Source of the DNA: an uncultured Elusimicrobia bacterium
GTDB taxonomy: Bacteria; Elusimicrobiota; Elusimicrobia; UBA1565
Assembly: GCA_964359165.1 (NCBI GenBank)
Contig: CAYHRV010000008.1
Coordinates: forward strand, 23,268-29,403
DNA: 6,136 nt
Direction: 5' to 3'
In this document: in pieces, positions 1-5,035 of the stretch
Layout: each line of letters opens with the position of its first letter
How positions within the stretch are numbered: position 1 is the first letter of the stretch
Notes under the pieces: generated by a model
What the model saw: the letters and a program-made list of their open reading frames with translations, nothing else
Told to the model about the DNA's origin: nothing
Database searches by the model: none
Translations under genes and position numbers: made by a program

Positions 1-19
1 CCCCGCGGCCCGCGCCCCG

Positions 20-40
20 CCCCCCCCCCGCCCCCCCCCC
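20..40. repeat. Twin homopolymer tracts (C10-G-C10) inside a 47-nt stretch (1-47) made only of C and G
   Basis: Read directly: C run 20-29, G30, C run 31-40, G41. The first A of the window is at position 48. The tracts lie at the extreme 5' edge of the window. Confidence 0.9.
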
Positions 41-119
41 GCCGGGGAGCACGGGTCCGGGCCCGGCCCGGACCTTCGCGCCCCTGGAGATTCCCGGCCT
101 GTCCATCGTCATCGGGCGC

Positions 120-500
120 ATGGCGGACCTCGAGCGCCGATTAGACGACTCGGAGAAGGCGCGCGAGCGCGAGCGCCAGGGCAGGCTCCTCTGGGAGAAC
201 AACATCCTGCACGCGCTCCGGGAGGCGCCCGAGCGTTGGAAGCGGGCGGGCGGCCCGGAGCTCCTGGTGGAGGCCTCTCTGGAGAGTTTGGTAGAGTCGC
301 TCAAGAAACGCGATGAGCTCGACTTGGAGATGACCCGGACCCTGGAGGCTTTGCGCGCCGAGCCGCCCGGTTCCGACCAAGAGCCCCTGCTCCGGGCGAA
401 GCTCGCGCAGTTGCGCAAGGCCATGGAAGACCTTCAGCCGGAGTTCGACAAGAAACTGGCCGTGGTGAACGCCTGGCTGGAGAAGAACAAGACCCGATGA
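120..500 (+). CDS. Hypothetical coiled-coil protein (126 aa from ATG 120); possibly the 3' part of a longer gene that runs off the 5' edge
   Basis: ORF with ATG at 120 and TGA at 498-500. The translation is charged and heptad-like (MADLERRLDDSEKARERERQ...LRAKLAQLRKAMEDLQPEFDKKL), and I recognise no family. Third-codon positions are strongly G/C, as in neighbouring genes. The same frame has no stop back to position 3 (PRPAPRPPPAPPPPGSTGPGPARTFAPLEIPGLSIVIGR-M) and no clear SD precedes ATG 120, so the start is uncertain. The stop lies 17 nt upstream of the motA start. Confidence 0.55.
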   Translation: MADLERRLDDSEKARERERQGRLLWENNILHALREAPERWKRAGGPELLVEASLESLVESLKKRDELDLEMTRTLEALRAEPPGSDQEPLLRAKLAQLRKAMEDLQPEFDKKLAVVNAWLEKNKTR

Positions 501-517
501 CGGAGTAGGAGCATCCA

Positions 518-1255
518 ATGGACATCACCAGCGTCGTGGGTTTCTTCGGATTCGCGGGGCTCATCCTCCTCGGCATAGCCGCCGGGGAGGTCACGAGCCT
601 TTTCATCAACGCGCACGGTATTATCATCGTCTTCGGCGGCACGGTGCTCGCGATGCTGATCAACACCCCCCTGCGCTATGTGCGGGAGACCATCGTCGCC
701 ATGGCCGGCCTGCTGCGCTCCGATTCCTTCGGGGACCCGGCCGCCCTGGTGCCGGTGCTCACGCGCCTGGCCGAGCAGGTGCAGGCCCGCGGCATCGGCT
801 CCCTGCGCGGCGTCGACGACCGGGTCGCGGGAGGCTTTCTGGCCCAGGCCGCGACCACGGCCATGGAATACAACAACCCGGACTTCGTGCGCAAAGTGCT
901 CGAGATGGAGGTCAACAACAAGGTGGACCGGGCCAATGAGATCATCAACGTGATCCGCACCGCGGGGGTGCTCTCGCCCATGTTCGGCCTCATCGGGACG
1001 CTCGTGGGGATCATCCACGTGCTCCAGCAGATCGCGGACCCGGCCAAAGCCGGCCCGGCCATGGCCGTGGCCATCACCACGGCCTTCTATGGGATCATCT
1101 TCGCGAATTTCTTCTGCGTCCCCGTGGCCGGCAAGCTGAGATTCCGTCTCTGGGAGGAGATCAAGGTCAAGGCCATGGTCATCGAGGGCGTGGTGAGCAT
1201 GATGCAGGGCGTGGTGCCTCTGGTGCTCGAGCGCCGCCTGCAGGCGTTCAAATAA
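518..1255 (+). CDS. motA: MotA/PomA-family stator ion-channel protein (245 aa)
   Basis: SD AGGAG at 507-511 lies 6 nt before ATG 518. The topology is the four-TM MotA/PomA type (TM1 ITSVVGFFGFAGLILLGIAAG, TM2 IIIVFGGTVLAMLI, a roughly 85-residue cytoplasmic loop, then TM3 and TM4), not the three-TM TolQ/ExbB type. From memory, the C-terminal half aligns well with Vibrio PomA: SPMFGLIGTLVG versus APAMGMIGTLVG, and GPAMAVAITTAFYGIIFANFFCVPVAGKL versus [29 protein letters not shown]. Both conserved channel prolines are present. Confidence 0.85.
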   Translation: MDITSVVGFFGFAGLILLGIAAGEVTSLFINAHGIIIVFGGTVLAMLINTPLRYVRETIVAMAGLLRSDSFGDPAALVPVLTRLAEQVQARGIGSLRGVDDRVAGGFLAQAATTAMEYNNPDFVRKVLEMEVNNKVDRANEIINVIRTAGVLSPMFGLIGTLVGIIHVLQQIADPAKAGPAMAVAITTAFYGIIFANFFCVPVAGKLRFRLWEEIKVKAMVIEGVVSMMQGVVPLVLERRLQAFK

Positions 1256-1938
1256 TGGCCGTCTATAGGTTCAGGAAAGAGGAGCTCGAGGCGCATCTCA
1301 ACCGGGGCGCCCTTTGGGCCGTCACCTACGGCGACCTCATGAGCTATCTCATGATCTTGTTCCTCATCATGCTCTCCTACACCCTTTCCAAGGAGACCAA
1401 GCCCCAGGACCAGCCCAAGATCGACCAGTCCCTCCTCCAGATACAGAGCGTTTTCGGCGGGAAGATCGACCCCAAGATCAAGGAAGCGGCGGACCAGAAG
1501 GACCGCGAGGTCTTCGCCTACCAGGAGCTCAAGAAGAACATGGAAGGCAAGGACGTCGGGATCATCATCACCGAGAAGAGCGTGCGCATGAACCTCAAGG
1601 ACGGCATCCTATTCGACTCGGGCAAGGCCGAGCTCAAGGAGGAGGCCCTGCCCGTGCTCAAGACCATCGCGACCGAGATGGTCAGCTTAAAGAACGAGAT
1701 CCGCGTCGAAGGCCACACCGACACGGTGCCCATCCGCGGCAAGCGTTTCGGCTCCAACTGGGAGCTTTCCATGGCGCGGGCCTACGCCGTGGTCCGGCGC
1801 ATGCAGGAGTTCGGCGTGGCTCCGGGGAGGCTTTCCGGCATAGGCTACGGAGAACATCGGCCCATCGGAGACAACGCCACCGCCGAAGGCCGCGCCAAGA
1901 ACCGCCGCATCGAGATCACCCTCCTGCGTTCCGAGTAA
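1255..1938 (+). CDS. motB: MotB/PomB-family stator protein with a C-terminal OmpA-like peptidoglycan-binding domain (227 aa)
   Basis: ATG 1255-1257 overlaps the motA stop TAA 1253-1255 (TAATG), which suggests translational coupling. There is a single N-terminal TM carrying the invariant channel Asp (WAVTYGDLMSYLMILFLIML; Asp codon GAC at 1333-1335, equivalent to E. coli MotB D32). OmpA-like motifs are present: FDSGKAEL, EGHTD, SNWELSMARA and NRRIEITL. Confidence 0.85.
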   Translation: MAVYRFRKEELEAHLNRGALWAVTYGDLMSYLMILFLIMLSYTLSKETKPQDQPKIDQSLLQIQSVFGGKIDPKIKEAADQKDREVFAYQELKKNMEGKDVGIIITEKSVRMNLKDGILFDSGKAELKEEALPVLKTIATEMVSLKNEIRVEGHTDTVPIRGKRFGSNWELSMARAYAVVRRMQEFGVAPGRLSGIGYGEHRPIGDNATAEGRAKNRRIEITLLRSE

Positions 1939-1943
1939 CAAGA

Positions 1944-1986
1944 CCGCCCTCGCGTCAAAAACCGACGGTTTTTGACGCGAGGGCGG
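1944..1986 (+). terminator. Perfect 43-nt palindrome (21-nt arms, 1-nt centre) 6 nt after the motB stop; probable transcript-end hairpin, non-canonical because it lacks a clean U tract
   Basis: Left arm 1944-1964 (ccgccctcgcgtcaaaaaccg) is the exact reverse complement of right arm 1966-1986 (cggtttttgacgcgagggcgg), with A1965 at the centre. The RNA stem would be about 20 bp. It is followed by the AT-rich gataatttatcc rather than a U run, so terminator function is inferred from position only. Confidence 0.5.
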
Positions 1987-2010
1987 GATAATTTATCCTA
2001 CAATCCAGGG

Positions 2011-2700
2011 GTGACCCGCGCTCTCCTCCTGATCTCCGATCCCGGCTTGGCCGCCCGCCTGGGCCGCCTGTTGCGGGGGCTGGGATGTTCTTTCCAGGCG
2101 CTCGCGCACCCGGCCGCCCACCGCGACGGAGCCGAGATCGTCCTCGCGGCTTGGGGCGCTCTGGGGAGAGACCCCAAGGCCGCGGTCAAGCGGCTGTCCA
2201 AACGGACCGGAAAGGTCCTCCTGTTCCTCGATCCCGGGGAGTTCTTCGGCTCGGCCCTCTCCAAAGCGGTCTCCTGTGGAGCCGCCGATGTGCTCAACAC
2301 GGACTCGGGGGACCCGGTCCTGGCCGGGCGAATCGCCGCGGCGCTCACCGGCTCGCACGGCGAAGGGGAGGTCCTGCTCTCTCCCGCCGAGGACCTGCGC
2401 GTGGAGCGCGCCCGCCGCCGGGTCTCGCGGCGCAAGGGCCGGGGCTGGGTGGACGCGGGGCCTCTTTCCCCGCGGGAGTTCGACCTACTCTGCTTCTTCC
2501 TGGAGCATCCGGGGGCGGCGCTGCCCCGGGCCGTGCTCCTCGAGCGCGTATGGGGACGCAAAGCCGCGGAGGTCAATCCGGAGACGGTGGACCGCCATGT
2601 CGGCAATCTGCGCCGCAGGCTCGGCTCGGCCGGGGACATCCGGACGCTCCGGGGCTTCGGCTATCGTTTCGGGGAAGGGGCCGCGGCCCCGAAGTTGTAA
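2011..2700 (+). CDS. OmpR/PhoB-family winged-helix transcriptional regulator with a degenerate (pseudo-)receiver domain
   Basis: The C-terminal half carries trans_reg_C hallmarks: LSPREFDLLCFFLEHPGAALPRAVLLERVWG...PETVDRHVGNLRRRLG...IRTLRGFGYRF. The N-terminal half has a receiver-like beta/alpha pattern (ALLLISD...EIVLAAW...KVLLFLD...GAADVL) but lacks the phosphoacceptor Asp. Start is ambiguous. The longest ORF starts at TTG 1972, which lies inside the right arm of the palindrome. GTG 2011 is in frame and sits just before beta-1, so I prefer it. Stop is TAA 2698-2700. Confidence 0.8.
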   Translation: MTRALLLISDPGLAARLGRLLRGLGCSFQALAHPAAHRDGAEIVLAAWGALGRDPKAAVKRLSKRTGKVLLFLDPGEFFGSALSKAVSCGAADVLNTDSGDPVLAGRIAAALTGSHGEGEVLLSPAEDLRVERARRRVSRRKGRGWVDAGPLSPREFDLLCFFLEHPGAALPRAVLLERVWGRKAAEVNPETVDRHVGNLRRRLGSAGDIRTLRGFGYRFGEGAAAPKL

Positions 2701-2745
2701 GCAACGCGGAGGATTTTATAGCATGGACCCAGGATTGATCTTTGC

Positions 2746-2976
2746 ATGACTCCTGATCGCGGGACCCGTCCCCAGAGACGCAGCGCCTGGGGACTCGCGC
2801 TCGGCGCGGGGAGCGAACTGGTCGTCTCGGTGCTGGCGGGAGTGTTCGCCGGCCGCTGGCTCGACGGCAGGCTCGGAACCCAGCCCTGGCTCGCGCTCTT
2901 GGGGACCGTGGCGGGCATCTCCCTTGGACTCTACCGGCTCATCCGAGAGACGGCCCCTTCAAAGGACGCTCCGTAG
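2746..2976 (+). CDS. atpZ: AtpZ-like small membrane protein (ATPase_gene1 family, often encoded ahead of atpI), 76 aa
   Basis: It has two hydrophobic helices separated by the family-typical motif GRWLDGRLGTQPWLALLGTVAGISLGLYRLIRE (compare G.WLD...GT.PW...G...G.Y.L, recalled from AtpZ/ATPase_gene1 proteins). It is positioned first in the atp cluster. ATG 2746 is the only start in this frame after the in-frame stop at 2719-2721. Confidence 0.7.
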   Translation: MTPDRGTRPQRRSAWGLALGAGSELVVSVLAGVFAGRWLDGRLGTQPWLALLGTVAGISLGLYRLIRETAPSKDAP

Positions 2977-3328
2977 TGCGGCGGAAGGCGCGGCCCTGGC
3001 TCTGGCCCTCGCCTTGCCGTGCCGGTTCGTCCTCGACGGCGAGGCCGCGGGACACGCCTTCACCGGCCTGGCGGCCGCGTGGCTGATGTCGACGGGGAGC
3101 GTCGCGGCGCTCCTCTTCGCCCGGGAGTCCTCCTCCAAGGCGTTCTGGAGGGCCTTCGGCGGGGGGTTGGCGGCGAGGGTCGTGGTCTTCGCGGCCTTGG
3201 CGGTCTCGGTCCGGGGTTCGGATATGCGGACGCAGGCCGCGATGCTGGTGTCGTACGCGGGCGGGAACTTGGCGCTGCTGCTGTTGGAGTATAGACACCT
3301 GAGAAAGGACGGTACGACGGCGAAGTGA
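2924..3328 (+). CDS. atpI: AtpI-like protein (ATP synthase protein I): small, four predicted TM segments; start uncertain
   Basis: Its position between atpZ and atpB matches AtpI, as does its size (134 aa from TTG 2924). It has a basic N-terminus (RRPLQRTLR) followed by four hydrophobic segments (AALALALALPCRFVL, FTGLAAAWLMSTGSVAALLFA, GGGLAARVVVFAALAVSV, AAMLVSYAGGNLALLLLEY). Stop TGA 3326-3328 overlaps the atpB start (GTGA). Assignment rests on context and topology, not strong motif recognition. TTG 2924 gives a 53-nt overlap with atpZ; alternative in-frame starts are TTG 3014 and an ATG near 3084. Confidence 0.55.
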   Translation: MDSTGSSERRPLQRTLRSAAEGAALALALALPCRFVLDGEAAGHAFTGLAAAWLMSTGSVAALLFARESSSKAFWRAFGGGLAARVVVFAALAVSVRGSDMRTQAAMLVSYAGGNLALLLLEYRHLRKDGTTAK

Positions 3329-4089
3329 ACTTCGAAAAGATACTCTCGCACCATCTCCTGGACCACGCGTTCTTCCCTCTCTTCGACCTGGGCGGAGTGC
3401 GTTTCGCCTTCACCAAGCACCTGCTCATGATGTGGATCGTGGGCTCCTTCCTCCTGGTCGCCTTCTCCTGGCTTGCCCGCACGCGCACCGGCGCGGGGCT
3501 CCTGGCCCGGGTCGCGCTCGAATCCCTGGTCCTCTACATCCGGGACGTGATCGTCGAGCCCGCCCTCGGGCACGCCGGGCGGCGCTATCTCCCCTATTTC
3601 TTGACGCTCTTCTTCTTCATTCTCTTCTGCAACCTGGCAGGCCTCCTCCCTTACGGCGCCACGGCCACGGGGAACATCTCCGTGACGGCCGGGCTCGCCC
3701 TGTGCACCTTCGGACTCATGCAGGTGGCCGGCGTGCGCGAGCAAGGCCTCTTCAATTACCTCAAGCACGTCGCGCCCAGCGGCATCCCGTGGTGGGTGCT
3801 TGTCATCCTCTATCCCATCGAGATACTGGGCATGCTGGTCAAGTGCATCGCGCTCACCATCCGTCTTTTCGCCAACATGATCGCCGGACACATCGTGGCG
3901 CTCTCCTTCCTCTCGCTGATATTCATCTTCGGAGAGATGAGCAGGCCGCTGGGGTTCCTGGTGTCGGTGCCGGCCGTGGGGCTCGCGCTTTTCATCACTT
4001 GCCTGGATTTGCTCGTGGCGCTGCTCCAGGCGTACATTTTCACGATGTTGACCGCGTTGTTCGTCGGAAGTTCGGTCCACCCGCACTGA
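3325..4089 (+). CDS. atpB: F0F1 ATP synthase F0 subunit a (254 aa)
   Basis: GTG 3325 overlaps the atpI stop. The N-terminus LSHHLLDH...FAFTKHLLMMWIVG is typical of subunit a. The signature LTIRLFANMIAGH is present, with the essential Arg (CGT 3862-3864, equivalent to E. coli R210), followed by LLQAYIFTMLTALF. Confidence 0.93.
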   Translation: MNFEKILSHHLLDHAFFPLFDLGGVRFAFTKHLLMMWIVGSFLLVAFSWLARTRTGAGLLARVALESLVLYIRDVIVEPALGHAGRRYLPYFLTLFFFILFCNLAGLLPYGATATGNISVTAGLALCTFGLMQVAGVREQGLFNYLKHVAPSGIPWWVLVILYPIEILGMLVKCIALTIRLFANMIAGHIVALSFLSLIFIFGEMSRPLGFLVSVPAVGLALFITCLDLLVALLQAYIFTMLTALFVGSSVHPH

Positions 4090-4166
4090 GAGCGGTCGTC
4101 GGCGCGGAGGTCGGTCGGGCGCACTCCCTGGAGGAGCGCCTATATTCGCCGCAGAGGAGTCATGAC

Positions 4167-4457
4167 ATGCTGTATCTAGGGTTGGGCTACGTCGGAGTCG
4201 GGATCGGAGTCGGACTGTGCGTCATCGGCGCCGCCTTCGGGATCGCGCGTCTCGCCGCCGCGGCGCTGGAGGGGACGGCCCGGCAGCCGGAGGCCGCGGG
4301 TTCGCTTCAGACCATGATGATCATCCCGGCGGCCATGATCGAAGGCCTCGGGCTGCTGGCGGTCGTCGCCGTGCTGCTGGCGGTGCTGGCCCTCAACAAG
4401 GGAGTGCCCTCGGCTTCCAATGGCGGGGAACCCCCGGCGGCCGTAGAGTCGCACTGA
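4167..4457 (+). CDS. atpE: F0F1 ATP synthase F0 subunit c (96 aa)
   Basis: It is hidden in the last 96 codons of track ORF 3432-4457. SD GAGGAG at 4154-4159 lies 7 nt before ATG 4167. Features present are the Gly-rich TM1 (GVGIGVGLCVIGAAFG), the polar loop EGTARQPE and a TM2 with the carboxylate (AAMIEGLGLLAVV; GAA 4341-4343). Stop is TGA 4455-4457. Confidence 0.9.
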   Translation: MLYLGLGYVGVGIGVGLCVIGAAFGIARLAAAALEGTARQPEAAGSLQTMMIIPAAMIEGLGLLAVVAVLLAVLALNKGVPSASNGGEPPAAVESH

Positions 4458-4468
4458 TCCTTCCGCGC

Positions 4469-4498
4469 GTCCGGGAGGGCCGCAAGGCCCTCCCGGAC
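4469..4498 (+). promoter_or_regulatory. Intra-operon RNA stem-loop: perfect 13-bp GC-rich stem capped by a GCAA (GNRA) tetraloop, with no U tract
   Basis: gtccgggagggcc (4469-4481) pairs exactly with ggccctcccggac (4486-4498); the loop is gcaa at 4482-4485. It starts 11 nt after the atpE stop and ends 30 nt before the atpF ATG. The downstream sequence ggcgggagcgaggag is not U-rich. Confidence 0.55.
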
Positions 4499-4528
4499 GG
4501 CGGGAGCGAGGAGTCTTTAAGGAGATCT

Positions 4529-5035
4529 ATGGAAAAACTGCTTCAGCCGGACACAGGCCTGATGTTCTGGACCATCGCCACTTTCCTGGGCCTAGTGTTC
4601 ATCCTGGGCCGTTTCGCCTGGGGCCCCCTGCTCAAGTCCATCGAGGAGCGCGAGGAGGGGATGCGCCGGGAGCGGGAGAAGGCCGAGGCCGCGCGCAAGG
4701 AAGCCGAGCGCATCCAGGGTGAGCTAGACCGGAGGCTGGGCCAGGCGCAGACCGAGGTCCAGGCGCTCTTGGCCCAGGCCGGGAAGGAGGGGGAAGCGCT
4801 CCGGGAGAAGCTCAAGAAGACCGGAGAGGAGGAGTCCGCGCGCCTGCTGGAGAAGACCCGCCTCCAGTTGGAGGAGGAGAAGGCGCGGCTGGTCGGAGAG
4901 CTCCGCCGCGAGGTGGCCGCCCTGTCCGTCCGGGCGGCCGAGCGCTTGGTCAGGAAGAGCGTGGACGCCGAGGTTAGGAAGTCGGTGATGGATAAGTTCA
5001 TGGAAGAAATAACGGATAAGAAAGGAAGGGGTTGA
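4529..5035 (+). CDS. atpF: F0F1 ATP synthase F0 subunit b (168 aa)
   Basis: SD AAGGAG at 4519-4524 lies 4 nt before ATG 4529. There is a single N-terminal TM (LMFWTIATFLGLVFILGRFAWGPLLKSIEEREE, the classic b-subunit N-terminus), then a long Glu/Arg/Lys/Ala-rich helix. Stop is TGA 5033-5035. The upstream part of track ORF 4217-5035 overlaps atpE out of frame and is not coding. Confidence 0.88.
   Translation: MEKLLQPDTGLMFWTIATFLGLVFILGRFAWGPLLKSIEEREEGMRREREKAEAARKEAERIQGELDRRLGQAQTEVQALLAQAGKEGEALREKLKKTGEEESARLLEKTRLQLEEEKARLVGELRREVAALSVRAAERLVRKSVDAEVRKSVMDKFMEEITDKKGRG

Noticed and set aside
518-1938. Possibility that the MotA/MotB-like pair is a Zorya-type (ZorA/ZorB) anti-phage module
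   Set aside because: ZorA proteins carry a very long C-terminal helical tail and are several-fold larger than this 245-aa protein. No ZorC/D/E-like genes follow. The sequence aligns along its length with PomA/MotA.
1314-2749. Alternate-frame + strand ORFs 1314-1991, 2085-2738 and 2276-2749, plus - strand ORFs 1993-2358 and 1998-2639
   Set aside because: Their Arg/Pro/Gly-dominated translations overlap the recognisable MotB and OmpR-family frames. They are GC-rich frame artefacts.
2959-4086. 375-aa ORF on the - strand, antisense to atpI and atpB
   Set aside because: Its translation is low-complexity and rich in Arg, Glu, Gly, His and Asp, with no recognisable domain. It exactly mirrors a + strand region that encodes an unmistakable subunit a (LTIRLFANMIAGH). 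This is a typical stop-poor shadow ORF of GC-rich DNA.
4140-4145. TATATT hexamer in the atpB-atpE spacer as an internal promoter -10
   Set aside because: There is no acceptable -35 at 16-18-nt spacing (ggcgca and neighbours). A single AT-rich hexamer is weak evidence, so it is not reported as a feature.
3432-4166. N-terminal 245 codons of track ORF 3432-4457 (341 aa)
   Set aside because: This part overlaps atpB out of frame and reads as Arg/Pro/Gly/His-rich junk. Only the last 96 codons, from ATG 4167 with its own GAGGAG SD, are the real c subunit.
4167-4457. Na+-coupled c subunit
   Set aside because: The Ilyobacter-type Na+ signature is absent. That signature is a TM1 Gln plus Glu-Ser/Thr in TM2; here TM1 reads AFGIARLAAAALEG and TM2 reads MIEGLG. 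The sequence is consistent with H+ coupling.
4217-4528. N-terminal part of track ORF 4217-5035 (272 aa)
   Set aside because: It overlaps atpE out of frame and crosses the 4469-4498 hairpin. The b subunit starts at ATG 4529, behind AAGGAG.
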